From a bacterium (GTDB taxonomy: Bacteria > SAR324 > JACQKK01), in assembly GCA_965249525.1 (NCBI GenBank), contig OZ252237.1:1413705-1477704 (forward strand): a stretch of DNA of 64,000 nucleotides, read 5' to 3'. The notes under the pieces are model-generated. The model worked only from the letters and a program-made list of their open reading frames with translations. It did no database searches and was not told the origin of the DNA. The translations under genes were made by a program, and so were the position numbers. Positions 19,720-29,857 of the stretch are shown here, in pieces (within the stretch, counting starts at the first letter, position 1; every line of letters starts with the position of its first letter).

Positions 19720-20616
19720 ATGACTGCTACTAATCGTCCTCTGGACAGCGAGTTGTTGGTGGATGCGCTGCGAGAAACAGCCAAAGAGGGGACCCTCTCC
19801 TCGCGTGAGGTGGGGCTGGTGTTGGGAGTTTTGATATCACCCAGCGGGCATTTGCATTATGGGTGGTGGGATAAGGGATTGAAAATAAGCATGGAGAATT
19901 TGGCAGAGGCGCAACATCGTTATGCTATGTATTTGCTGGGGAAGCTTCCCAGGGGAGTAAAGCGGGTGTTGGATGTGGGCTGCGGTACCGGAATGCTGGC
20001 AGAGGAGATGGTAAAACGCGGATATGAGGTGGAATGCCTTTCTCCCAGTAAATCGCTGAATGTAGCGGCGAAACATCGTCTGGGCAAAGGTGTTGCGGTA
20101 CACTTAAAAAAGTTTGAGGATTTTTCCAGTCCCACCAAGTGGGATGCGGTGTTGTTCAGTGAGAGTTTTCAATACATTCCCATGCGTGTGGCTTTAGAAC
20201 GGGCACTGGCACTAGCCAAGCCAGGGGGATGGGTGTTGATTTGTGATTTCTTCGGCACCGATGCCAAGCATTCACCGATTAGAGGAGGCCACAAATGGCG
20301 AGCATGCCAAGAAGTGCTTCAATCCATGCCCTTTAAAGTTGAATACGAAGAGGACATCACCGCAAAAACTGCTCCCAGTTTAGATCTGTTGGAAACCTGG
20401 CTTGAGCGCGACATCATTCCCGCCTGGAAAATTGTGGGCATTTACTTGCAAAGTCGTCACCCGTGGCTTTCCAAATTGATGCGCTGGCTGTTGGGGCAGC
20501 ATTTAACCAAGGTGGAAAAACATTATCTTTCTGGCACCTGGAGTGCCAGCAATTTTCAACATTACAAAACCTATCGTTGTTTGCTGCTGCGCACCCCTGC
20601 TGATACCAACGCCTAG
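19720..20616 (+). CDS. class I SAM-dependent methyltransferase
   Basis: SAM-binding motif I VLDVGCGTGMLAEEM. Confidence 0.7.
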   Translation: MTATNRPLDSELLVDALRETAKEGTLSSREVGLVLGVLISPSGHLHYGWWDKGLKISMENLAEAQHRYAMYLLGKLPRGVKRVLDVGCGTGMLAEEMVKRGYEVECLSPSKSLNVAAKHRLGKGVAVHLKKFEDFSSPTKWDAVLFSESFQYIPMRVALERALALAKPGGWVLICDFFGTDAKHSPIRGGHKWRACQEVLQSMPFKVEYEEDITAKTAPSLDLLETWLERDIIPAWKIVGIYLQSRHPWLSKLMRWLLGQHLTKVEKHYLSGTWSASNFQHYKTYRCLLLRTPADTNA

Positions 20617-20757
20617 GGGCGCAAGACCAAGGAACTTGGTGCTGGGTGATGCCAAAGGCTGGCTACAGTTAGCACCCCCTTGCTGTTGGCAGCCTAATTC
20701 CTCTTTGGGAAACAACGCACACAACTTCTGCCTGGCAGCTGACCAGCAGCAAGCACA

Positions 20758-20830
20758 TGCCCCCGCCAGGACTCGAACCCAGAACTGAGCTTTAGGAAAG
20801 CCCTGTTTTGTCCGCTTAAACTACAGGGGC
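20758..20830 (-). tRNA. tRNA-Arg (anticodon CCT)
   Basis: Reverse complement folds as a cloverleaf. Acceptor GCCCCTG/CGGGGGC, anticodon loop TTCCTAA, T-loop TTCGAGT. The T-stem has two G-U pairs. Confidence 0.7.
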
Positions 20831-20924
20831 ATGAACTTTCTCCTTCTTGTCTCTATAAAACTTGCCTGCTACAAACATAACAAGTCAAACCCCTGCCTTT
20901 TAGCACCACCTTCCGCATCCTATA

Positions 20925-21404
20925 GTGTCTTCCAGTCCCCAACAGCCCCCCTCTATTATCCCCGCCACCCAGATAAAAGCCTGGTGTGATGGCTCGTGTT
21001 CTCCCAACCCCGGCATGGGCGGCTGGGGGGTGGTTATCCAGGCAGATGGTCAACAATACGAATTCAGCGGCGCAGCCCATGAAAGCACCAACAACACTAT
21101 GGAACTCACCGCCGCTATTCAAGTTTTACAGCGCACCAACATCGGCTGTGAAATTGACCTCACCACAGACAGCCGCTATCTGGTTGATGGCATAACCCTC
21201 TGGCTGCCAGGCTGGAAAAAGAAACACTGGCACAAAGCCGATGGTAAACCCGTCTTAAACCAAGAACTCTGGCAGAAACTGGACCACCTCTGTCAACAAC
21301 GACAGGTACACTGGCACTGGACAGGGGCACACGCAGGCCACCCTCAAAATGAACGCTGCGACACCCTTGCCAATCAAGCACGCCTGCAACTACCCCTCTT
21401 GTAA
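20925..21404 (+). CDS. rnhA: ribonuclease HI
   Basis: Motifs DGSCSPNPGMGGWG, TNNTMEL, TDSRYL, HAGHPQNERCDTLA. Confidence 0.85.
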   Translation: MSSSPQQPPSIIPATQIKAWCDGSCSPNPGMGGWGVVIQADGQQYEFSGAAHESTNNTMELTAAIQVLQRTNIGCEIDLTTDSRYLVDGITLWLPGWKKKHWHKADGKPVLNQELWQKLDHLCQQRQVHWHWTGAHAGHPQNERCDTLANQARLQLPLL

Positions 21405-21604
21405 ATAACCCCAAAAAAACCTCTTCATATGAGAATCCTGCATAAAAATAACTTGTTTACCAATTTATAAATGTTATGGTAAAGATAATAGTACTTCTCA
21501 ATTAAGAGGGACATGATTTTCATCTCTCTCTTTAAGATTGTTTTGCTCATATCCGTTTAGGATGCAAGTTCCGTTTCATCTTATTTTCTTGGTTACTTAA
21601 AGCA

Positions 21605-22819
21605 ATGAAACCTGCTATTTACATGGACAACCACGCCACCACCCCCATGGACCCCAAGGTGCTGGAGTCCATGATTCCTTATTTCTCTGAATACTTCGGC
21701 AATGCTGCCAGCCGCAACCATAGTTTTGGCTGGAAAGCTGAGGAAGCAGTTGAAGCGGCCAGAGAAAACATTGCCCAATTGATGAAAGCCGAGGCAAAAG
21801 AAATTATCTTTACCAGCGGAGCCACCGAATCTAACAACCTGGCTATTGCTGGCGCAGCCGAATTTTACAAGGAAAAAGGCAACCACATCATCACCAGCCC
21901 CATTGAACATAAAGCAGTACTGGATACTTGCCACATGCTGGCAAACAAAGGCTTTCAAGTAACCTTGCTGGATGTAGATGCTGATGGCTGCATTAACCTC
22001 AACCAACTGAAAGACAGCATCACAGATAACACCATCCTGGTCAGCTTGATGGCTGCCAACAATGAAATCGGCACCACACACCCCTTAAAGGAAATTGGTC
22101 AACTCTGCCGAGAAAAGGGAGTCCTCTTTCACACCGACGCCACCCAAGGTGTGGGACACATGGAAATAGACATAGAAGAGATGTGCATTGACCTGGCCTC
22201 CTTCACCGCACACAAAATCTACGGACCCAAAGGCGTGGGAGCACTTTATATCAGACGACGCAAACCACGTGTACGCCTCTCACCCCTTATCTTTGGCGGT
22301 GGTCATGAGCGCGGCTTGCGTTCAGGCACCCTCAATGTCCCAGGCATTGTAGGCTTTGGAAAAGCTACCCAACTTATTCTCCAACAAGGCGCAACAGAAA
22401 AAGAATATATCTCCTCCCTATGCCTTCGCCTGCATAAAGGCATCAGCAAGGAACTAGACCACATCAAACTGAATGGACACCCCAAACACCGACATCCCGG
22501 CAACCTTAATCTCAGCTTCGCTTATGTGGAGGGAGAAAGTTTGTTAATGGGGATTAGTGATATCGCTGTCTCTTCTGGGTCTGCCTGCACCTCTGCCAGC
22601 TTAGAACCTTCTTATGTACTGCAAGCCTTGGGACTTGGCATAGATCTCGCCCATTCTTCCATCCGTTTCGGCTTAGGACGCTTCTCCAAACAAGAAGAAG
22701 TTGACTATGTGATTAAACGTGTGGTAGAAGAAGTTTCAAGACTACGAGAAATGTCACCCCTTTATGAAATGGCTCAAGAAGGTATTGACCCCAACACCGT
22801 ACAATGGAATGTCCACTAA
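21605..22819 (+). CDS. iscS: cysteine desulfurase
   Basis: 404 aa, class V aminotransferase. The SSGSAC active-site cysteine loop is present. Followed by iscU. Confidence 0.9.
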   Translation: MKPAIYMDNHATTPMDPKVLESMIPYFSEYFGNAASRNHSFGWKAEEAVEAARENIAQLMKAEAKEIIFTSGATESNNLAIAGAAEFYKEKGNHIITSPIEHKAVLDTCHMLANKGFQVTLLDVDADGCINLNQLKDSITDNTILVSLMAANNEIGTTHPLKEIGQLCREKGVLFHTDATQGVGHMEIDIEEMCIDLASFTAHKIYGPKGVGALYIRRRKPRVRLSPLIFGGGHERGLRSGTLNVPGIVGFGKATQLILQQGATEKEYISSLCLRLHKGISKELDHIKLNGHPKHRHPGNLNLSFAYVEGESLLMGISDIAVSSGSACTSASLEPSYVLQALGLGIDLAHSSIRFGLGRFSKQEEVDYVIKRVVEEVSRLREMSPLYEMAQEGIDPNTVQWNVH

Positions 22820-22891
22820 GCCCTTTTATCCGTATTGGAATATCATTTACCCCATCAAAATTTTTCCCCAACCCTTTCATGAGAAAATCCC

Positions 22892-23272
22892 ATGTCATAC
22901 AGTAAAAAAGTTCTAGACCACTACAAAAATCCCCGCAATGTTGGCAGCTTGAACAAAGAAGACTCCAATATCGGCACTGGCATCGTTGGTGCCCCAGAAT
23001 GCGGCGACGTCATGAAGCTGCAAATTAAGGTAGAAGAGGGGCGCATCACAGATGCCCGCTTTAAAACCTTCGGCTGCGGCAGTGCTATTGCCAGTTCCAG
23101 TTTGGCTACCGAGTGGATTCGCGGCAAAACCATAGATGAAGCCCTCACCATCAAAAACACCGATATTGTGGAAGAACTCTCGCTTCCTCCTGTAAAAATT
23201 CACTGCTCGGTGCTAGCTGAGGATGCCATCAAAACCGCCATCGCTGACTACAAGAAAAAATCCCAGTCTTAG
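22892..23272 (+). CDS. iscU: Fe-S cluster assembly scaffold
   Basis: 126 aa. The three conserved Cys (GAPECGD, GCGSAIAS, HCSVLAE) and the LPPVK motif are present. Confidence 0.9.
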   Translation: MSYSKKVLDHYKNPRNVGSLNKEDSNIGTGIVGAPECGDVMKLQIKVEEGRITDARFKTFGCGSAIASSSLATEWIRGKTIDEALTIKNTDIVEELSLPPVKIHCSVLAEDAIKTAIADYKKKSQS

Positions 23273-23292
23273 CCCCACATCCCGACCTAATG

Positions 23293-23420
23293 GCAGCAGT
23301 TCTCTCTCCTATCGTCCAGCAACCGCATGGCAGGTGCTTATTTGGCTATTGCCCAGCAGCCACATCGCCCAGCAGCCGCATCGCCCAGCAAATGACTCAC
23401 CCAGCAGGCAGATCGCCCAT
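23293..23420. repeat. degenerate 14-15 bp tandem repeats (CATCGCCCAGCAGCC-like) in the iscU-hscB spacer
   Basis: Read directly. Occupies the position where iscA usually lies. Confidence 0.75.
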
Positions 23421-23543
23421 ACCTTCTGTCACCAGGCTGATTTAGTCTGCTTTGCTCTTGAGCACCCGAAGCCCTTCTTCCCGTGCCGGCGTCATTCTCC
23501 TTGCATGCCTCCCCACACATCCCTGTCACGGAGACACTTCATC

Positions 23544-24134
23544 ATGTCTCCTGATGGAAAGGATTTCTTCTCCTTACTCGGCATGCCCCGACAATACCCG
23601 CTGGACCGCAAACAGCTGGAGCAAAGCTATCAGCACATGAGTTGGCAGGCTCACCCAGATCTGGCTGATGAAAATCCACCAGCCCAACAAGAAGCCTTGG
23701 CACGCTCCGCCTTGATCAACCAAGCCTACCAAACCCTCAACGATGACACCCAGCGCGCAGAACTGCTGCTGCTGCTGCTGCTGGAAAAACGCTCCCTAAA
23801 ACCTGACCAGCTGCCCCCAGGCTTCCTCAACGAAATGTTCTTGCTGCAAGAACAAGCCAATGAACTGCTGGAAACTGTCCCTGCCCCACAATCCCAAACT
23901 GGAAAATCCCAGGCTGAAAAATCCCAGGCTGAAAAAGACCTCCAAACCCTGCTGCAAGCAACCGAACAACGCCTGCAGGCCCTGCTGAATAAACGCACCC
24001 AACTATTTGCAGCAGCCCAAGCCTCCCAGCCAGCACCACTGGAAACCCTGCAAATCATTCAAGACCATCTCAACTGTGAACGCTACTTCCGCCGTTTGCT
24101 GCAAAGCCTGCGAGGCGAAGAACGCCAGTTGTAG
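23544..24134 (+). CDS. hscB: Fe-S cluster co-chaperone HscB (J-domain)
   Basis: Start set at the internal Met [14 protein letters not shown]-domain with HPD, C-terminal helical domain. Contains internal repeats (KSQAE x2, poly-L). Confidence 0.7.
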   Translation: MSPDGKDFFSLLGMPRQYPLDRKQLEQSYQHMSWQAHPDLADENPPAQQEALARSALINQAYQTLNDDTQRAELLLLLLLEKRSLKPDQLPPGFLNEMFLLQEQANELLETVPAPQSQTGKSQAEKSQAEKDLQTLLQATEQRLQALLNKRTQLFAAAQASQPAPLETLQIIQDHLNCERYFRRLLQSLRGEERQL

Positions 24135-24142
24135 TCCCTAAT

Positions 24143-26110
24143 GTGTACTGCCAGCAAGTCCATCCACCTATGCCTCCATCTCAATCCACAGCCAGGCAGC
24201 ACGGGGATAAACCTGCCAAGCATACAGATAAAGATACCGCCTCTGACATCGGCGGGGTGATTGGTATTGACCTGGGCACCACCAACAGCTTGGCGGCTGC
24301 GGTATTTCCTCACGGGGCAGAAATCTTGGGCAAAAAGCCTGGAGACGGCATGGTGCCATCTGTACTGTGCCGTCAAGAGGGTGGCTGGGTGGTGGGTCAC
24401 GCTGCTCAGGAATTGGCCAGTGAATATCCTGAACAGACTGTGTTTTCCATCAAACGCTTGATGGGACGCGACCTAGAAGATCTGCGTGAGTATCTGGATC
24501 GCTTGCCTTACCGCATCCAACCTGCCCAACGGGGTTTGGTGCAGGTGGTGATAGGTGAAGAACGCTTCACCCCACAAGAATTGTCGGCAGAGATTTTACG
24601 AGCCGTCAAGCAGCAGGCAGAGGAAGCCTTGGGAAAAGCCGTAAAAAAAGTGGTCATCACCGTGCCTGCTTACTTTGATGATGCCCAACGCCAAGCCACC
24701 CGCGACGCTGGCCGCTTGGCAGGACTAGAAGTGGTGCGAATTCTCAATGAGCCCACCGCAGCTGCCATCGCTTATGGGCTGGATGAGGGCAGCGATGGTC
24801 TGATTGTGGTCTATGACCTGGGCGGCGGCACCTTTGATGTTTCTGTATTGCAGTTAAGCGACAGAGTGTTCCGAGTGCTCTCTACCCACGGAGACACCCA
24901 CTTGGGCGGAGACGATTTTGACAGCCTGCTGGCAGACTGGATCAGCCAGCAATTCCGCCAACAGCATCCCCAAGCCGACTGCACCTCCCCCCTGGCGCGC
25001 CATCTGCTGCGCAAAGTGGCTGAACTCGCCAAAAATGACCTCAGCCATGCCGATTTCACCCGCTGGCAAATAACCCTGCCTGCCTCGCCATCTCCCCTGC
25101 AAGCCCAAGGGAAAATAACTCGCAGCCAGTTTGAAGCCCTTATCACTCCCCTGGTACAACGCACCTTGAACTCTTGCCAACAAGCCCTAGCAGCAGCCCA
25201 GCGTCAAGCCAGCGATGTGGATGAAGTGGTGCTGGTAGGAGGAGTATCCCGCATACCTCTGGTGCGACAGCAGGTGGAGTCCCTCTTTGGAAGACGCCCC
25301 AACATCTCCATTGACCCCGATGCAGCTGTGGCTGTGGGGGCAAGCATTCAAGCACACTTGCTGGCAGGCGGGCGCCGCGACTTCCTGCTGCTGGATGTAC
25401 TCCCCCTCTCCCTGGGCATTGAAACCCTGGGCGGAGCTTTTAACAAACTCATCTCCGCCAACACCACCATCCCTGCACAAGCAGAAGAACTATTCACCAA
25501 TCATGTAGAAAATCAAACTGGGGTGGATATCAACATCTACCAAGGAGAGCGTGAACTGGTGAAAGACTGTCGCAGCTTGGGGCGCTTCCGTCTGCGCGGG
25601 CTGCCTCCCATGCCTGCTGGACTGGCAAAAATCAAGGTCAACTTCCTGGTGGATGCCAACGGCATCCTTACTGTAACCGCTACCGAAGAACGCAGCGGGC
25701 AACAAACCAGCATTGAGGTCATTCCTTCTCACGGTCTTACCCAAGGAGAAATTGACGCTATAATGGAAGCTTCCCTCACCCACGCCCAAGATGATATGCA
25801 GCAGCGCATGATGGTGGATTTTACCAATACGGCGCAATCGGTGCTAAAGGGGCTGGAAAAATCCTGGCCAGAGGCAAAGCGTTTATTCACCACTGCCCAA
25901 TTGAAAAAACTGCAGCAGCACACCGCAGCCGTGCGTACTGCCATGGAAGGCAATGACCCTATGATGCTGCGGCGCAATTTGGATGCATTAGGTGAGTTAA
26001 CGCGACCACTGGCAGATGAAATTTTCAGCCAGGCTGCCCTCCAAGCCTTGCGCTCCCCCAACGCCCTGGCTGATGCTGATGCCGAGGTTGAATCAGAGAA
26101 TTCCTCTTAG
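24143..26110 (+). CDS. hscA: Fe-S cluster chaperone HscA (Hsp70 family)
   Basis: Hsp70 motifs [10 protein letters not shown] and DLGGGTFD. Position after hscB. The start may be at a later Met. Confidence 0.9.
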   Translation: MYCQQVHPPMPPSQSTARQHGDKPAKHTDKDTASDIGGVIGIDLGTTNSLAAAVFPHGAEILGKKPGDGMVPSVLCRQEGGWVVGHAAQELASEYPEQTVFSIKRLMGRDLEDLREYLDRLPYRIQPAQRGLVQVVIGEERFTPQELSAEILRAVKQQAEEALGKAVKKVVITVPAYFDDAQRQATRDAGRLAGLEVVRILNEPTAAAIAYGLDEGSDGLIVVYDLGGGTFDVSVLQLSDRVFRVLSTHGDTHLGGDDFDSLLADWISQQFRQQHPQADCTSPLARHLLRKVAELAKNDLSHADFTRWQITLPASPSPLQAQGKITRSQFEALITPLVQRTLNSCQQALAAAQRQASDVDEVVLVGGVSRIPLVRQQVESLFGRRPNISIDPDAAVAVGASIQAHLLAGGRRDFLLLDVLPLSLGIETLGGAFNKLISANTTIPAQAEELFTNHVENQTGVDINIYQGERELVKDCRSLGRFRLRGLPPMPAGLAKIKVNFLVDANGILTVTATEERSGQQTSIEVIPSHGLTQGEIDAIMEASLTHAQDDMQQRMMVDFTNTAQSVLKGLEKSWPEAKRLFTTAQLKKLQQHTAAVRTAMEGNDPMMLRRNLDALGELTRPLADEIFSQAALQALRSPNALADADAEVESENSS

Positions 26111-26200
26111 CCCCTGGCTGCTTGGCCCCTGGCTGCTTAGCCCCTGGCTGCTTAGCCCCTGGCTGCTTAGCCCCTGGTTGCTTAGCTCCTGGCTGCTTGG
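26108..26200. repeat. 15-bp tandem repeat x6-7 (GCCCCTGGCTGCTTA)
   Basis: Read directly. hscA-iscX spacer, the position usually held by fdx. Confidence 0.9.
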
Positions 26201-26275
26201 GGGGTTGGCTGTATGATGGATAATGGTGCATACTCTTACCAAGAGTATCACTCTAACCTGTTGTTGTGAGTCACC

Positions 26276-26491
26276 ATGGTTCTAAAATGGACAGATATTG
26301 AAGACATTGGTATTTTGCTGCAAGAGCGTGAACCAGATGTAGACCCGCTCACGGTGCGCTTTACCGATTTGCGCGACAAGGTCTTGTCGCTGCCAGACTT
26401 TGATGACAGCCCAGAGAACCTGAACGAGAAAAAGCTTGAAGCCATTCAAATGGCTTGGTATGAGGAATACCAAGACGCCCAAACAGACTAG
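26276..26491 (+). CDS. iscX: Fe-S assembly protein IscX
   Basis: 71 aa. Resembles E. coli IscX: LKWTD...DPLTVRFTDL...LPDFDDSPENLNEKKLEAIQMAW. Confidence 0.8.
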   Translation: MVLKWTDIEDIGILLQEREPDVDPLTVRFTDLRDKVLSLPDFDDSPENLNEKKLEAIQMAWYEEYQDAQTD

Positions 26492-26615
26492 CTCTGCAGA
26501 CTAGCTCTGTATAAGGTTCATCCTTAAAAAACCTTTTAAGCAGGACATGATGCCCCTGGGTGCATCTCGGGTAAGAACCACAAATTTGCCAAGAGGAAAT
26601 TTACTAGTTCAAGAC

Positions 26616-28115
26616 TTAAAGGGGCTGCCAATGCAGTGCCAATTCAGTCAGGAAGGACACCCCCACACCAGTAGCACCAGAGTTGGGAATGTGACCGATG
26701 TGTTTGACATCCCAGGCAGTACCAGCAATATCCACATGTACCCAGGGGGTTTCATCCACAAAATTTTTCAGGAAAAGCCCTGCGGTAATAGCGCCTCCCC
26801 AGCGTCCACCGATGTTTTGTAAATCGGCGTATTTGCCTTTGAGTTCGCGCTGGTATTCAGGGAAGGAGGGCAGCGGCCAGACACTTTCTCCTGCCCGTTT
26901 GCCAGCTTTTACCACCTGTTCTTGCAGGGTCTCAGAATTGGTGATGGCACCGCTGGCATAGTGTCCCAATGCCACCACACAGGCACCAGTAAGGGTAGCC
27001 AAGTCCACCACAGCATCTGGCTTAAAGGTTTTCACTGTCCAAGCCAGCGCATCGGCTAGAATCAGGCGTCCTTCGGCATCGGTATTGAGAATTTCTACAG
27101 TGGTGCCATTGCAGCAGGTGTGGATATCGCCAGGTTTGGTGGCTTGACCGCCAGGCAGATTTTCTGTGGCAGGCACCACGCCAATCACATTCAAAGCAGG
27201 TTTCAGTTGGGCGATTACCTCCATGGACCCCAAAACCGCAGCAGCCCCGCACATGTCAAACTTCATTTCGTCCATGGTGGGAGAAGGTTTGAGAGAAATG
27301 CCGCCAGAGTCAAAGGTCACACCCTTGCCCACAAAAGCCAGGGTATGCTTGGCTTGGGGATGGCGATATTCCATAGCAATCAGGCGTGGAGGCTGCCTTG
27401 AGCCTTGTGCCACTCCCAGCAGCAGTCCCATTTTTTCTTGCTGCAGCTTTTTCTCATCCATGACCTGTATCTTGAGACCATGATTTTTGGCAATTTTTTG
27501 GGCTTGGTCTGCCAACAGGGAGGGGGTAAGCATATTGCCAGGCTGGTTGCCCAAGTCACGAGCCAGGCAGATGCCGTTGGCACGTATTTGTGCGGTTTGA
27601 ATGGTTTGCGCAGAAGCCAGCTTGAGGGGATCACAGATGGTCAGCTGCTCCAGCTTGGGAGATTTTTTGGGCTTGTCTTTTTGGCGGGGAGGGGGGGGTT
27701 TTTTGTATGCATCAAACAAGTAGCTGCCCAGTACTGCCCCCTCAGCCAGGGCACGGATAGCATCTGCAGCTGGGGCAGGCAGGTTCTCAGGCAGCAGCAG
27801 CACCGCAGAGGAGACCCCTATTTTGCCAAGATGTGCTGCTGCCAAGCCGGCTGAGCGTCGCAATTGTTCATGGCTGGGATTGGCGGGCAAGCCCACCAGC
27901 AAAAGGCGGGGGATCTGTTTGGAATCTACAGGCAGGGCCAGGGTTTCTTCTGGCTTGGCATGAAAGATGCCACTTTCCAGTGCCTGTGCACAGAGTTGCT
28001 TCAACGGAGAAGGAAGCCCTGTGGGCGTCTGGGCAGAAGATGCTTCAGTAATGAAAGCAGCAAAACACTCGGTTCTTTCAGGCAGTGATGAAGCATACGC
28101 CAGGTTGATGGACAT
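26616..28115 (-). CDS. pepA: leucyl aminopeptidase (M17)
   Basis: Motifs VGKGVTFDSGGISLKP and NTDAEGRLILADAL. Confidence 0.9.
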   Translation of the reverse strand: MSINLAYASSLPERTECFAAFITEASSAQTPTGLPSPLKQLCAQALESGIFHAKPEETLALPVDSKQIPRLLLVGLPANPSHEQLRRSAGLAAAHLGKIGVSSAVLLLPENLPAPAADAIRALAEGAVLGSYLFDAYKKPPPPRQKDKPKKSPKLEQLTICDPLKLASAQTIQTAQIRANGICLARDLGNQPGNMLTPSLLADQAQKIAKNHGLKIQVMDEKKLQQEKMGLLLGVAQGSRQPPRLIAMEYRHPQAKHTLAFVGKGVTFDSGGISLKPSPTMDEMKFDMCGAAAVLGSMEVIAQLKPALNVIGVVPATENLPGGQATKPGDIHTCCNGTTVEILNTDAEGRLILADALAWTVKTFKPDAVVDLATLTGACVVALGHYASGAITNSETLQEQVVKAGKRAGESVWPLPSFPEYQRELKGKYADLQNIGGRWGGAITAGLFLKNFVDETPWVHVDIAGTAWDVKHIGHIPNSGATGVGVSFLTELALHWQPL

Positions 28116-28179
28116 GATTTCTCCTTCTTAAAGACCTAAAAGCAAACACTTAAAACACAGAAACGCAGCTGGGAATGTT

Positions 28180-29166
28180 TTAATTTCTGGCGGATGGGGC
28201 GGAGGAATCGGGCGATTGCAGCCTGCGCGGCAAGGCAAAGGAAACATTTTCTTCCACCACTGTGAATTCTTCTATGCGGGGTTGGTTGACACTAGCTAGC
28301 CATTGCACCATTTGCTGCACCACCTCCTCGGGCGCAGAAGCCCCCGCAGTGATTCCCACCACTTGTACTTGTTCTAGCCAAGCGATTTGAATATCGTGAT
28401 GCGATTCCACCAAGTAGGCCGGCACCCCACAGCGAGAAGCCACTTCTACCAAACGATTGGAATTGGAACTATTGCTTGAGCCCATCACAAATATTACATC
28501 GGATTTTTTTGCCAATTCCCGCACAGCATTCTGCCGATTCTGGGTAGCATAACAGATATCTTCTTTACGAGGACCAGTCAGGGCGGGAAATCGCCGCTTG
28601 AGTACTGCCAGAATATCTTGGGTATCGTCCAAAGAGAGCGTGGTCTGGGTAAGAAAAGCCACTTTATCAGGGTCAACGGCTTGCACCTGTTCTGCTTCTG
28701 TTACATTGCCCACCACCACAATATATTCAGGTGCTTCTCCACGGGTCCCCACCACTTCCACATGCTCTTTATGTCCTATCAAAAAAATGGTGCGCCGCTG
28801 AGAAGCATACTGGCGCGCTTCCACATGCACCTTGGTTACCAGGGGACAAGTGGCATCCACCACCTCTAAAGAACGCTGTTTGGCTTGGGTATAGGCCTCG
28901 GGAGGAACACCGTGCGCTGAAAATATCACCCGCGACCCCTCAGGTACTTCTGACAACTCTTCTACAAATACCGCACCCATTCCTTCTAAGCGCTTCACCA
29001 CATGACGATTATGCACAATCGCATGCTTTACATACACAGGCGCCCCAAATCGCTCCAGCGCCAATTCCACAATCCAAATCGCCCGCTCCACCCCCGCACA
29101 AAAGCCTCGCGGATTTGCCAGCAAAATCTTTTCTATCCCTGCCATCCCTGTTGATATGTCACTCAC
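28180..29166 (-). CDS. ispH: 4-hydroxy-3-methylbut-2-enyl diphosphate reductase
   Basis: LytB/IspH. N-terminus ILLANPRGFCAGVERAI and the conserved Cys triad. Confidence 0.9.
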   Translation of the reverse strand: MSDISTGMAGIEKILLANPRGFCAGVERAIWIVELALERFGAPVYVKHAIVHNRHVVKRLEGMGAVFVEELSEVPEGSRVIFSAHGVPPEAYTQAKQRSLEVVDATCPLVTKVHVEARQYASQRRTIFLIGHKEHVEVVGTRGEAPEYIVVVGNVTEAEQVQAVDPDKVAFLTQTTLSLDDTQDILAVLKRRFPALTGPRKEDICYATQNRQNAVRELAKKSDVIFVMGSSNSSNSNRLVEVASRCGVPAYLVESHHDIQIAWLEQVQVVGITAGASAPEEVVQQMVQWLASVNQPRIEEFTVVEENVSFALPRRLQSPDSSAPSARN

Positions 29167-29172
29167 AGCTTG

Positions 29173-29253
29173 TCAATCCTAATTAAATACTTGCCTAATT
29201 AAATACTTGCCTGATTGAATACTTGCCGATTGAATACTTGCCTAATTAAATAC
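29173..29253. repeat. 16-bp tandem repeat x5 (TAATTAAATACTTGCC / TGATTGAATACTTGCC)
   Basis: Read directly. Immediately upstream of the ispH start codon. Confidence 0.9.
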
Positions 29254-29350
29254 TTGCCTGGTCAACTTGATTGCCCACCTTATCACCTGCGATGCTCTCC
29301 GCCCCACAACCATTATTCAGCATACAGGCAAACTCAGCCATCTGCAAAGA

Positions 29351-29857
29351 TCACCTGCGCTGCTCCCTAGCAGACAACAAACTCAAACATTGCAGCACCT
29401 CTTGCAGCATAGGCCACTGGGCAGGCAGGGGAATGCGTCCTGTGGCACCCGCCTTCACTGCACGCACCCGCTCTTCTGTCGCTAAGCCATCATCCAATAA
29501 TACCACTGGGACATTGCGATTTTGTCGATGATTACGCAATCTCTTCATCAAGACCTCCCCATGAGGACCCTCAGCTGTCTTCCACACAGTGAATGCTACA
29601 TCCACCAACCCTTCCCCCAGCATCAGCAGTGCCTGGCTGGCACTGGCAGCCTGGTGCACTTGTGAAGCCCCTGCCTCCATCAGCAATCGTTGTAGACGCA
29701 TGCGACCTCCCATATCGGGAAGCACCACCAAAGCCGACCAAGATTGAGAATGATTCAAATACCCACCTCCGCTATTGAGTTTGTTGCTACGAGGCGTGCC
29801 AGCTGTCGCTGATAGTGGCATAAAGCGCCTGAGAAAAAGCTCTCCGCTGGAGAGCAC
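29351..29857 (-). CDS. single-domain CheY-like receiver protein (degenerate), start uncertain
   Basis: Receiver-like layout: ALVVLPDM...LVDVAF (putative phospho-Asp)...VPVVLLDD...VKAGATGRIPLP. The N-terminal 70 nt overlap plsC, so the true start is probably a later Met. Confidence 0.4.
   Translation of the reverse strand: MLSSGELFLRRFMPLSATAGTPRSNKLNSGGGYLNHSQSWSALVVLPDMGGRMRLQRLLMEAGASQVHQAASASQALLMLGEGLVDVAFTVWKTAEGPHGEVLMKRLRNHRQNRNVPVVLLDDGLATEERVRAVKAGATGRIPLPAQWPMLQEVLQCLSLLSAREQRR

Noticed and set aside
23223-23543. Long N-terminal extension of the hscB ORF (possible iscA remnant)
   Set aside because: No similarity to IscA in any frame. The region is composed of tandem repeats. The J-domain begins at the internal Met (23544), which has the expected HscB N-terminus.
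26108-26200. Possible CRISPR array (and similarly the other tandem arrays at 29.2, 41.8, 50.7, 56.2 and 62.0 kb)
   Set aside because: The units are directly abutting tandem copies with no unique spacers between them. There are no cas genes, and the unit lengths (13-19 bp) are too short.
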